A DNA stretch of 64,000 nt from an uncultured delta proteobacterium (GTDB lineage Bacteria > Desulfobacterota > Binatia > UBA9968): the NCBI GenBank assembly GCA_963816145.1, contig CAWFJP010000011.1:32001-96000 (forward strand), given 5' to 3'. Under the pieces are notes generated by a model, which saw only the letters and a program-made list of their open reading frames with translations, did not search any database and had not been told where the DNA came from. Numbering within the stretch: position 1 is the first letter of the stretch; the number at the start of each line of letters is the position of its first letter. Below, one piece after another: positions 33,182 through 42,174 of the stretch. The translations under genes were made by a program, and so were the position numbers.

Positions 33182-33249
33182 GAGAAGTTCTCCGTCTGCG
33201 AGCAAGCTAGAAATAAATTCTCACGAAACTAACATAGGCCTCACCATAC

Positions 33250-33278
33250 TTGCAATTTGCACCAGCCGCGCTTAACTT
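33250..33278 (+). promoter_or_regulatory. possible sigma70-type promoter for the glutaredoxin-like ORF
   Basis: TTGCAA-17 nt-TAACTT in the divergent intergenic region. Confidence 0.3.
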
Positions 33279-33327
33279 GATGAAGGCGACCGAGCGAAGC
33301 GTTTCCCGGCGTTCTGAGCGCAAACCC

Positions 33328-33552
33328 ATGGCAGAAAAGGTCACGATATACGGTCAAGACCTATGAGCTTTTACTTCGGGAGCCCGTGCGGACTTCTCCC
33401 GGCGTAAAGTGCCCTTCGACTACGTCAACGTCTTGGAAGACGACGCCGGACTCCAGCGGATGATGCAATTGACCAACGGCAGGCGGAAGATTCCCGTGAT
33501 CGTCCAAGACGGTAAGGTTACCGTCGGCTTCGGCGGCACCTGAGAGGTCTGA
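33328..33552 (+). CDS. glutaredoxin-like small selenoprotein with two probable Sec (UGA) residues, ending U-x-x-stop
   Basis: Manual translation MAEKVTIYGQDL*AFTSGARADFSRRKVPFDYVNVLEDDAGLQRMMQLTNGRRKIPVIVQDGKVTVGFGGT*EV-stop; TGA at 33364 sits at the Grx redox position, TGA at 33541 is near the C-terminus; cis-Pro 'IPVI' and 'GF' motifs. Confidence 0.82.
33378..33400 (+). promoter_or_regulatory. candidate bacterial SECIS hairpin after first UGA
   Basis: GGGAG-CCCGTGCGGACTT-CTCCC starting 11 nt after the TGA at 33364-33366. Confidence 0.45.
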
Positions 33553-34704
33553 ATGACCGACGGCGTCGGCCACCCATGCAAGATCACCGGCTCAGAAGTA
33601 ACCGTTAGCGAAACTCTAAATTCACCCTTGGCTGAAACCATCGCTCAACTGATTGCCGAGAAAGTCGTCGTGCTTTTCGGCCCCAACGCCGCAATCACCG
33701 GTATCACCGCCTTGCCCGGCGACGCTTCGACTCGGCGCTACTACCGCGTGCACCTAGCCAACGCCGGCGCACCGGCATCGCTGATGGCGATGCAACTGCC
33801 CGCCGGCAGCGGCCTGCCGATCTCCAGCGAGGAGTTGGCAGTTTTCAAGGACGATCTCAAGGAATTGCCGTTCTTAAACGTGCACCGGTTTCTCGATGGC
33901 GTCGGCGTCAGAGTGCCTAAGATCTACGGACAATGGGAAGCCGACGGCATTCTGCTCCTCGAAGACTTGGGCGATACTACGCTATGGGATCAGGTGCGGG
34001 GATTGCCCGAAAGCGAAGTGATCGGCTGGTACAAAAAAGCCATCGACGAACTTTTGCGCATACAAATCGCCGGGACCGAAAACCGTGACGACTCCTGCCG
34101 CGCTTTTCAGCAACGCTTCGACGAAAAACTTTACCTGTGGGAATTCGAGCACTTTATCGAATGGGGTCTGGAAAAGCGGCCTGGCGCCAAGGTCACCACG
34201 AAGGCCGTTGCGACCCTGCGCGAAACTTTCGCCGCCATCGCCCAAACCCTCGACCGCGAACCACCCTGCCTCAACCACCGCGATTACCATAGCTGGAATC
34301 TGATGATCCATGACGGGGCGGTATGCGTCATCGATTTTCAAGACGCCTTGCTCGCGCCGGCGCAATACGATCTCGCCTCGCTGTTGAACGATCGCATCAC
34401 CGACGCCGTCGTCCGGCCGCACATCGAACCGCAACTGGTCGATTACTATCTCGAAAAATCTATTGATTTATCGGGCCGCGGCCGGTCGCGCCAGGAGTTC
34501 TTCGAAATTTATCGCCTGTCGGCGATCCAACGCGATTTGAAAGTGGTCGGCCGCTTCTATTTTCTCGATCTGGTCAAGGGCAAACCAGGCTACATGAAAT
34601 TTGTCCCGCCCACTGTGCGCCGGCTTCAGCGTAATCTGGCGCAAGTGGCGCAGACTCAACCGATCCTGGCGCTCTTGAGCGAACATTTTGAGGCGATGCT
34701 TTGA
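33553..34704 (+). CDS. amgK: APH-family phosphotransferase, AmgK-like MurNAc/GlcNAc kinase
   Basis: 'GDASTRRYYR', 'LEDLGD', 'HRDYHSWNLM', 'IDFQDA', 'QRDLKVVGRF'; next to a MurU-like gene; true start may be TTG 33628. Confidence 0.8.
   Translation: MTDGVGHPCKITGSEVTVSETLNSPLAETIAQLIAEKVVVLFGPNAAITGITALPGDASTRRYYRVHLANAGAPASLMAMQLPAGSGLPISSEELAVFKDDLKELPFLNVHRFLDGVGVRVPKIYGQWEADGILLLEDLGDTTLWDQVRGLPESEVIGWYKKAIDELLRIQIAGTENRDDSCRAFQQRFDEKLYLWEFEHFIEWGLEKRPGAKVTTKAVATLRETFAAIAQTLDREPPCLNHRDYHSWNLMIHDGAVCVIDFQDALLAPAQYDLASLLNDRITDAVVRPHIEPQLVDYYLEKSIDLSGRGRSRQEFFEIYRLSAIQRDLKVVGRFYFLDLVKGKPGYMKFVPPTVRRLQRNLAQVAQTQPILALLSEHFEAML
33557..33569 (+). promoter_or_regulatory. candidate SECIS hairpin after second UGA
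   Basis: CCGAC-GGC-GTCGG starting 13 nt after the TGA at 33541-33543. Confidence 0.4.
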
Positions 34705-34725
34705 AGGCGCCCGCCAAAAAATGCC

Positions 34726-34804
34726 AATGCAGAGAGCAAATTGCAAAAGGCAAAAGTAGAAATCACGATCGGAATTTTGCACTTTGCAGTCTCCATTCTG
34801 CATT
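34726..34804. repeat. imperfect inverted repeat of TGCAAAA-like 7-nt units
   Basis: AATGCAGAGAGCAAATTGCAAAAGGCAAAA vs TTTTGCACTTTGCAGTCTCCATTCTGCATT, about 23/30 complementary. Confidence 0.65.
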
Positions 34805-34831
34805 TTGCTTTTCCCAAGACCGAGGCCTGTC

Positions 34832-35575
34832 ATGAAAGCGATGGTGTTGGCCGCCGGCCAAGGGACGCGCCTGCGGCCGATCACCGATCGCATGCCCAAA
34901 GCGCTGGTGCCGGTGGCCGGCCGGCCGATGATCGAGTTTGCCTTGCTGCTGCTGCGCCGTTACGGCGTTCGCGATATCGTCATCAACTTGCATCATTTCG
35001 GCACCCAGATCGAAGATCATCTGGGCGATGGCCAACGTTTCAATGTCAACATCAGCTATTCCCGTGAGACCGAGCTGCTGGAAACCGGCGGCGGGCTGCT
35101 CAAAGCCAAAGCCTTTTTGCAACACGGCACGTTCATAGTCATCAACACCGACGCCTTGATCGACGTCGACCTGGCGGCGGTGCTAAACGACCATCGGCGG
35201 AACAATGCGGCGGCAACACTGGTGCTCCGCCCTGATGCCGAAGCCGACCGTTACGGCTCCATCGATATCGACGCCGACGGCCGTATCTGTCGTTTTCTCG
35301 AACACCGCTTCCCAGGCCAGCCGGTTGGCGCCATCAAAAAACTAATGTTCACCGGTGTGCAGGTTCTCGAGCCGCGGGTGTTCGATTACATGGACGGCGG
35401 CAGCCTGAAAAAATTCAGCACCACCAGAGAAACCTATCCGCGCATGTTACGCGCCGGCGAGCGGCTTTACGGCTATTGTTTCAAAGGCTTCTGGCAGGAT
35501 CTTGGCACCAGGGAACGAATCAACGAGGTGGAACAAAAGCTCAGCAATGGCCAGGCAAAATTGGATTTTTTATGA
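34832..35575 (+). CDS. murU: nucleotidyltransferase, MurU-like
   Basis: 'MKAMVLAAGQGTRLRPIT..PKALVPV', 'LETGGG', 'WQDLGT'. Confidence 0.8.
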   Translation: MKAMVLAAGQGTRLRPITDRMPKALVPVAGRPMIEFALLLLRRYGVRDIVINLHHFGTQIEDHLGDGQRFNVNISYSRETELLETGGGLLKAKAFLQHGTFIVINTDALIDVDLAAVLNDHRRNNAAATLVLRPDAEADRYGSIDIDADGRICRFLEHRFPGQPVGAIKKLMFTGVQVLEPRVFDYMDGGSLKKFSTTRETYPRMLRAGERLYGYCFKGFWQDLGTRERINEVEQKLSNGQAKLDFL

Positions 35576-35757
35576 GCAGCGGAATCGGACCTGCGAAACC
35601 TGTACACCTCGCGGACGCGTGTTAACGAATTTGGCAGATTTTGCGCGCTGCAGTTCGACAGGTTCGCTGCTTTCGCCGGTAAATCTTGCCAATCTTTTTG
35701 GCTGAAAACTTGCTACAATCTGCCAACAGCCAACGATTGCACCGTAACGGCTAAACC

Positions 35758-36660
35758 ATGCTCGACCGAATCATCACTGATCTGCAGCAAAACCAAAACC
35801 CGGATGGCGGCTGGGGCTCCCTGCGCGATAAGCGCAGTAATACCGAGTCAACTGCATTAGCCGTCATGGCGCTGAAAGCGCTAGCCGAAACCACCGCAGC
35901 GGATAACCGCAAACGCGGCATCGATTGGTTGGTCCGCCATCAAAACCAAGATCATAGCTGGCCGCTCAACGAAGCCGCAAAAGAAGGCTCATGGACAACG
36001 GCATTGGCAATCACCGCTCTCGCCGATAATGCGGAGAACAGCGAACGCGTACTCGCCGCTGCCCGTTGGCTGCTCGAGCAAGAGGGCAGCAAGCCCGGCA
36101 TTCTCGCCGAGATCATTTTATGGGCTACCGGCAAGTCGAAGGTCAACAAAGTCAACAACGATCTCATTGGCTGGTCTTGGGTGCCGAATTCATTTAGCTG
36201 GGTGGAACCGACCAGCTATGCGATGATCGCCGTCAAGAAATTGCGCGCTCGCCTCGCCGGTACCCATGTCGACGAGCGCATCCGCCAAGCTAGTGCCATG
36301 ATCTACGATCGCATGTGCAACGGCGGCGGCTGGAACTACGGCAACTCGAAAGTCTTGGATTACGCGCTCTGGCCTTATCCGGACATTACCGCAATAGCCT
36401 TGATCGCCCTGCAAGATCATGCGCGCGAGAAAGCCAATCAGGAAAGTTTGCCAGTCTTAATCAAACTTGCCCGCGAAACCGATTCCGGTTTGGCGCTCTG
36501 TTGGGCAGCCATTTGTCTCAATCTTTACGGGCAGGATAATTCCGACTTTCAGAGACAGATCGAGAAGCGCTTCGCGTCCAGTGCTTTTCTCGGCGAAACC
36601 AAGAGCCTGGCACTGGCGATAATCGCGTTGAGCAGCAAAGCCAATCCATTTCGCATTTAG
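35758..36660 (+). CDS. prenyltransferase/squalene-oxidase repeat (alpha/alpha-barrel) protein
   Basis: QW-like repeats 'QNPDGGW', 'QNQDHSW', 'GGGWNYGN'. Confidence 0.75.
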   Translation: MLDRIITDLQQNQNPDGGWGSLRDKRSNTESTALAVMALKALAETTAADNRKRGIDWLVRHQNQDHSWPLNEAAKEGSWTTALAITALADNAENSERVLAAARWLLEQEGSKPGILAEIILWATGKSKVNKVNNDLIGWSWVPNSFSWVEPTSYAMIAVKKLRARLAGTHVDERIRQASAMIYDRMCNGGGWNYGNSKVLDYALWPYPDITAIALIALQDHAREKANQESLPVLIKLARETDSGLALCWAAICLNLYGQDNSDFQRQIEKRFASSAFLGETKSLALAIIALSSKANPFRI

Positions 36661-36674
36661 GATCCCAGGATATT

Positions 36675-37670
36675 ATGATGCGCCGTAGAGCTTTTCTTAA
36701 ATATACCGCCTTGGGTTCGCTCGGCACGACGCTTGCCGGCTGCCAATCGTCGGGGCACTGGCAGCGCGAAGCATTTCGCAAGAAAGCCATCTCGCGGGTC
36801 GCCGTCTTGGGGGCCAAGACTTACGACCAGCCGCTCAAGGACGTGATACTGCGAGGCATCAAGCTTTGCGGATTGCAGGTCGCAGGAAAACGAATCGTCT
36901 TGAAGCCGAATTTGGTCGAATTCGATCCCAAAGGCGTGATCAATACCAACCCGGCAGTCATCGAGGCAGCCATCGACGCCTTCCAAACGCTCGGAGCTGC
37001 CACAGTGAGCGTCGCCGAAGGACCGGGCCACCGGCGCGACAACGAGTATCTACTGTCAGCGTCGGGACTCTATGATGTCATACGCGATCACCAAGTCCGC
37101 TACCTCGATCTTAATACCGACGACGTTCGAGCTACCCCGGTGCGTAGCGACTATACCCGCTTCAAGCAACTGTACCTGCCGGAGACATTATTCAACAGCG
37201 ACCTGCTGGTTTCGATGCCGAAACTGAAAACCCATCATTGGGCCGGGGTGACGTTATCGATGAAAAACATGTTCGGCATCGTTCCCGGGGCGGTCTACGG
37301 TTGGCCGAAGAATATTCTTCACTGGCAAGGCATCGACAACAGCATATTGGATATCAACAGCTCCCTGCCGCTGCCGCAGTTCGCCATCGTCGACGGCATC
37401 GTCGGCATGCAGGGCAACGGCCCGCTACAAGGCCAGGCCAAAGCCAGCGGCGTGCTAGTCTTCGGCGATGATTTTGTGTCGGTGGACGCCAGCGCGGCAA
37501 GGCTTATGAAACTCGAACCGCGCAAGATCAATTATTTGGCCAAGGCCGATGAGTTCCTCGGCAACCTGGCCTACGAAAGAATCGAACAGATCGGCGAGAA
37601 ACTTGAAAAATTCGAGCAAGACTTCGACGTAATCGAAAGCCTGGAATATTTGAAAAAAATCACCGGCTGA
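36675..37670 (+). CDS. DUF362 family protein, predicted Tat lipoprotein
   Basis: 'RRRAFLK' Tat motif + 'LAGC'; 'LKPNLV', 'PKLKTH', 'TLSMKNMFG', 'DGIVGMQGNGP'. Confidence 0.85.
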   Translation: MMRRRAFLKYTALGSLGTTLAGCQSSGHWQREAFRKKAISRVAVLGAKTYDQPLKDVILRGIKLCGLQVAGKRIVLKPNLVEFDPKGVINTNPAVIEAAIDAFQTLGAATVSVAEGPGHRRDNEYLLSASGLYDVIRDHQVRYLDLNTDDVRATPVRSDYTRFKQLYLPETLFNSDLLVSMPKLKTHHWAGVTLSMKNMFGIVPGAVYGWPKNILHWQGIDNSILDINSSLPLPQFAIVDGIVGMQGNGPLQGQAKASGVLVFGDDFVSVDASAARLMKLEPRKINYLAKADEFLGNLAYERIEQIGEKLEKFEQDFDVIESLEYLKKITG

Positions 37671-37715
37671 AGCGATAGGGATAAATTAACCAACGCCGCG
37701 CGCGACTGCGCAGCA

Positions 37716-38294
37716 TTAGTTGCGTGCCATGATGACACCGCAGGCGGCGCGATCGCCGGCGTTTCCAGTCGGATCGGTGGTATGATCGTCAACGCCGGCA
37801 TGCACAACCAAGGCACTGCCATCGGCATCAAAGACTGAGTTTGCACCGGACCGAAGCGTGACGGCGTCGGTTAGAGCTTCAAAACGGCCCGAGCCATCCT
37901 TTGCCACAAGCATGTTCGGCAGATCACCGGCGTGGGCGCCATCTGGGCTCTTGTAGCCATGTTTCTTCTGCGCTGGATTGAAGTGTCCACCGGCGCTGGT
38001 AAACGCCGGAGCCTCACACTTACCGACTGCGTGGATGTGCACCGCATGGAGGCCGGCGCTGAGCCCTTTGACTTCCACCCTCACCCGCACGCCGTTGCCG
38101 GCTTCGGTAAACGACGCCGTCCCGACGCTTTTGCCGTCCTTGTCCTTGAGTTCGGCCGTCGCTCGCTCGTCGGAGCCGATGGTTGAACAACCCGCGCCGG
38201 CAACCAGTGACCAGACGCAAATGGTGAAGATCGACGTCCATGATTGCAGCGCTTTGTAGTTCTTTGAAGTATGCATACGAAATATCGATACCAT
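37716..38294 (-). CDS. sodC: Cu/Zn superoxide dismutase family lipoprotein
   Basis: 'HAVHIH', 'SAGGHFNP', 'HAGDLPN', 'VVHA', 'GDRAACG'. Confidence 0.92.
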   Translation of the reverse strand: MVSIFRMHTSKNYKALQSWTSIFTICVWSLVAGAGCSTIGSDERATAELKDKDGKSVGTASFTEAGNGVRVRVEVKGLSAGLHAVHIHAVGKCEAPAFTSAGGHFNPAQKKHGYKSPDGAHAGDLPNMLVAKDGSGRFEALTDAVTLRSGANSVFDADGSALVVHAGVDDHTTDPTGNAGDRAACGVIMARN

Positions 38295-38415
38295 CCATCG
38301 ATGTCACACGCAATCCACTCAGCACAAACGCCAACTCATGAGCGCACCGTCGGCATCGGCGTAGCCGTTGATTGCGGCGCATTCGGGCCTATGGTAGCTT
38401 TCGACGTTATTTATT

Positions 38416-39135
38416 ATGTCCGCACTAGCCATCTATCTGCCCACGGTTGTTTTCATCTCGCTGCTGGGCGGATTCCTGCCCTTGATGCGGGCGTTGTCAC
38501 AGCGGGCGCTCGCGCTACTGCTCAGTTTTAGCGCTGGCGTCCTGCTCGGCGCGGTGTTTTTTCACATGTTGCCGGAAGTCGGTAATCTGCTTGGTGCCAA
38601 CCTCGGCCTGCCGGTTTTAGCCGGTTTCCTGCTGATCTTTGTCATGGAACGTTTCGTATTCGTGCATGCCTGCGAAGAGCATGATTGCGATATCCATCAG
38701 ATGGGGATTCCAGCATTTCTTGGGATTTCGCTGCACAGCCTGCTCGACGGTATTGCGCTTGGCGCCGGGCTCATTCTGCCACAACTTGGCCCGGTGGTGT
38801 TGCTCGCCGTAATTATTCACAAAATGCCCGACAGCATGTCGATCTCATCGATCCTGCTTTCCGCAGGCTGGGATCGCCACAAGGTCGGCAAGTTGAATCT
38901 GTTGTTTTCGCTCACCACGCCGATCGGCGCGCTACTGGCATTTTTATGCTTCCGCGCGCTCTCGCCGGAGAATGTCGCCATCGCCATCGGCTTGTCCGCC
39001 GGTACCTTCCTCGCCATCGCCACAGCCGACATTTTGCCGCAAGTGCACCGCATCGAGCAGCGCAATCCCATGACTCTGGTTTTTCTTGCAATTGGCTTAG
39101 CGGTCAGCTGGATGGGCGCGTTATTGGCCCATTAG
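38416..39135 (+). CDS. ZIP family divalent metal transporter
   Basis: 'FSAGVLLG..FFHMLPE', 'HSLLDG', 'HKMPD', His/Cys loop HACEEHDCDIH. Confidence 0.9.
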   Translation: MSALAIYLPTVVFISLLGGFLPLMRALSQRALALLLSFSAGVLLGAVFFHMLPEVGNLLGANLGLPVLAGFLLIFVMERFVFVHACEEHDCDIHQMGIPAFLGISLHSLLDGIALGAGLILPQLGPVVLLAVIIHKMPDSMSISSILLSAGWDRHKVGKLNLLFSLTTPIGALLAFLCFRALSPENVAIAIGLSAGTFLAIATADILPQVHRIEQRNPMTLVFLAIGLAVSWMGALLAH

Positions 39136-39161
39136 GCGGGTTGCCACCAGCTATTCGACGC

Positions 39162-39905
39162 TTACAATTTATATTTGCCGGTTTGGAGATTGCGCCGCAC
39201 GGTGAAGGTATCGCCGAGGACGTGGAGATAGTCCAACATTCTAACATGGCTGCGGTCGTCGTTGAGCCAAAGCGCCGGAACAATGCCGATCTTATATTTG
39301 AGCCGTTGCGCCAACGCCAATACTTCAATATCGAACCCCCAACGGTCGACAGTGGTCTGCGAAAAAATCCGCTCCGCCGCCTCGGCACGAAAGGCCTTGA
39401 AGCCGCACTGGGTATCCCAGATGCCCGGCACCGCGGCAATCTGGACAATCCGATTACCCAGCCGACCGATGGCGCGCTTGTACCAAGCTTGAGACACCAC
39501 CTGCACCGCCCCAGGCGCGTCCGCCTCATTGCGTGACGCGATAACGATATCGCAGCCTTGGTCAAACAGCGGCTTCATCTTGTCGAAGTGGGCAATGTCG
39601 GTTGAGTTGTCCGCATCGGTAAATAGCCGGATCTGACCGCGAGCTGCGAGCATCCCCTCCTTGACCGTGTAGCCTTTGCCGCGATTCGATCGCCGATCAA
39701 TGATCTTAAGGCATTCGATTTCGCTGGAAAGGCGCTGCACGACATCAAATGTAGCATCGGTTGGGCCATCGAGATCAACGAGGATCTCGTAGGTTAAGGA
39801 ACTGGCTGCGAGATACTCATGAAGGCGGCTCAAAGTCTTCGGCAGCCTGTTAGCCTCGTTATAGGCGGGAACGACGACGGAAAGAGCGATGGCGGATTGC
39901 GTCAT
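39162..39905 (-). CDS. GT2 glycosyltransferase, dolichyl-phosphate glucosyltransferase (ALG5/DPG synthase)-like
   Basis: 'VVPAYNE', 'NRGKG', 'DAD', 'DTQCGFK', 'FDIEVL'. Confidence 0.88.
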   Translation of the reverse strand: MTQSAIALSVVVPAYNEANRLPKTLSRLHEYLAASSLTYEILVDLDGPTDATFDVVQRLSSEIECLKIIDRRSNRGKGYTVKEGMLAARGQIRLFTDADNSTDIAHFDKMKPLFDQGCDIVIASRNEADAPGAVQVVSQAWYKRAIGRLGNRIVQIAAVPGIWDTQCGFKAFRAEAAERIFSQTTVDRWGFDIEVLALAQRLKYKIGIVPALWLNDDRSHVRMLDYLHVLGDTFTVRRNLQTGKYKL

Positions 39906-40158
39906 GGAAACTTTAGAGGATGGAATGATACCAAGATCTAACATCGGTCCGGCAAGAGTTCCACAATTTTCTTGCATTGTTTGTCTCATCGCTGACTTTC
40001 CTGTAAATGAAGCCTGAATGGCCCATCCGCGCAAAAGAGATAGCTAGAGAGGGAGGCTTAACGTAGCGATAACCTCGTAAACTACGAAGTATACCTCCTA
40101 GATTGAAGCTCGCTGAATCGCACTTTCTGCCTAAGATATACAATTCCTAGCTAATAAC

Positions 40159-42123
40159 ATGGCGGTCAAGCGTTCCACACGAGCGGCAAAACTCCAGAAA
40201 GCCGAAGTTGGCCAGGAAAGGCCATCACCGACAAATCTTCTTTTTTTGGATCGCAAGGCTTCCCTCAAGCTGATGCGATGGCTTTATCTTTTTCATTTCG
40301 TCGGGTTAATTTTTCTTTGCACAAACGTGACCGGCCTCACTAACAATCAACCGTTCATTGATCAAGACTGGGGACTTCATTTCCATCATCTAAAATCGCT
40401 GGAAGCTTTCTGGCAGGAGCAAGGCAGAATTTGGGGCTACAACCCGAGCTTTATGGCGGGCTACCCGTCCAATACGATTCAGGATCTGAGCATTAAGTTT
40501 TTCGAGTTTATCGCACTCGGTTTGTCCAGCGTAGCGCTTTCAACTGTCCAGTGGTTCAAGCTCATCGCTTTTCTCGCCATGGCGATTGTGCCGTGGCTCA
40601 TGTATATGGCGGCAAGACATTTTTTCTTTGATGACGATTCAAGAGACCGTGCGGCCCTCGCCGCGGCCCTGTTGGGGACCATCTATTGGTGGAATTCCTT
40701 GCCGCGGGAAATGTTTTTCTACGGCATGATCGGCTTTCCCGTGGCAGCCTATCTTAGTATCTGGGGAGTTTCGCTGTTCTACCGATTAGTCGCAGAATCA
40801 CCGCCACTAGGCTGGATCCATCTCGGCTGGCTGTTGTTCGCAGTCGTGATATTGCCGCTGCACGTCCAGTCGCTAGTCATCTTTTTGCCGTCGATGGTGG
40901 CGCTGTTAATTATTCATGCGCGGCAAATAAACGGAAAACTGTTTTTGTGGATGATGGCGGCAGTGTCGAGTTGTGTCCTAGTAAACCTCACTTGGTTTGT
41001 GCCGGTGTTCAACCACCGCCAAGACGACGTTTCATCAACCATCGTCAATCAGCTCCCGCTATTTGCCAGCAGCGATCCGTTAACTTTTCTGATCGACTAT
41101 CTGGGCACCAAGGGATACTGGACGTTTCGTCCCTCATTTGTTGAAAAAGGCTTCCGCCTCGCGCTGCTGATTTTAGGTGTGCTTGGGGTCACAGAGCTAA
41201 TCAAGAAGGACAACCGCCCTGTCGGCATCATGATCATATTCGGCATTGCTGGATTATTCCTCCTCACTTATTTCGGCGCCTTTATCCCGATCATTGCGGC
41301 CTGGCAGCCATTGCGTTTCAAAGTTCCGCTCGATCTTTTCCTCGTGATTGGCGCAGCCTATGGCATCGACCAATGGCTGAGCGGGCGAAAAACCTATCGT
41401 TTTTACCTCGTCCCGGTAATGATCTCGCTGGGCGCACTGGCGTTTGCGATCAATATTTTCCAGACAGAATCGACCGGCAAACTCCGATCGCGCACCGAAA
41501 TGCGCTCGGAAATAGTCGCGATCGTCGACTGGATCGCAGGTCAAACTCCGCGCGATGCCCGAGTGCTTTTCGAAGAATCCGGCGATGAAACCGGGTTCAT
41601 ATATGACGGCATGTATCTGTCGGCCTTCCTGCCGCATCTGACCGGCCGGCAGTTGATCGGCGGCCCGATCAATCTTTACAATGACCGCCACCACTTCGCC
41701 GAGTTTCATTCAGGCAAACTTTTTAAGCGCGACATCGGCAGCATCACCGACGACGAACTGCGCAATTACTTGCGTCTGTACAACATCGGCGCGGTAGTCG
41801 CCTTTCATCCGGCTTCGATCAAAAAGCTGCTGTCGATCCCTGGGCTCGTCACCGTCGATCAACGTATCGGGCCGATTTATCTCATGAAAGTGAATCAACC
41901 CTTGAGCTGGTTTGTCGAAGGCGACGGTCAAGTGCAGACTAGCGCCAATCGATTGGAACTTCGCGACCTAAATGGGCGAGAGATCGTTCTCAAGTATCAT
42001 TGGCTGGAAAACTTAAGCGCTACGCCCGCGGTAAAAATAGTGCCGATCCAGCAGGCCGACGACCCAATCCCATTCATCAAGCTGATCGATCCGCCGTCGT
42101 CAGTGGTCCTGCGAACGCAGTGA
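40159..42123 (+). CDS. polytopic membrane protein, probable GT-C-fold glycosyltransferase
   Basis: About 11 TM helices, early loop 'DQDWGLH..WGYNPSFMAGYP', soluble C-terminal domain. Confidence 0.6.
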   Translation: MAVKRSTRAAKLQKAEVGQERPSPTNLLFLDRKASLKLMRWLYLFHFVGLIFLCTNVTGLTNNQPFIDQDWGLHFHHLKSLEAFWQEQGRIWGYNPSFMAGYPSNTIQDLSIKFFEFIALGLSSVALSTVQWFKLIAFLAMAIVPWLMYMAARHFFFDDDSRDRAALAAALLGTIYWWNSLPREMFFYGMIGFPVAAYLSIWGVSLFYRLVAESPPLGWIHLGWLLFAVVILPLHVQSLVIFLPSMVALLIIHARQINGKLFLWMMAAVSSCVLVNLTWFVPVFNHRQDDVSSTIVNQLPLFASSDPLTFLIDYLGTKGYWTFRPSFVEKGFRLALLILGVLGVTELIKKDNRPVGIMIIFGIAGLFLLTYFGAFIPIIAAWQPLRFKVPLDLFLVIGAAYGIDQWLSGRKTYRFYLVPVMISLGALAFAINIFQTESTGKLRSRTEMRSEIVAIVDWIAGQTPRDARVLFEESGDETGFIYDGMYLSAFLPHLTGRQLIGGPINLYNDRHHFAEFHSGKLFKRDIGSITDDELRNYLRLYNIGAVVAFHPASIKKLLSIPGLVTVDQRIGPIYLMKVNQPLSWFVEGDGQVQTSANRLELRDLNGREIVLKYHWLENLSATPAVKIVPIQQADDPIPFIKLIDPPSSVVLRTQ

Positions 42124-42174
42124 CCCGTGGCGAAAGCACCAGCAGGTCAGCCAATCAAACCGCGCCCCGGCGAT

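Noticed and set aside
33361-33641. Minus-strand ORFs 33361-33573 and 33420-33641
   Set aside because: They are antisense to the glutaredoxin-like ORF, which has clear fold motifs
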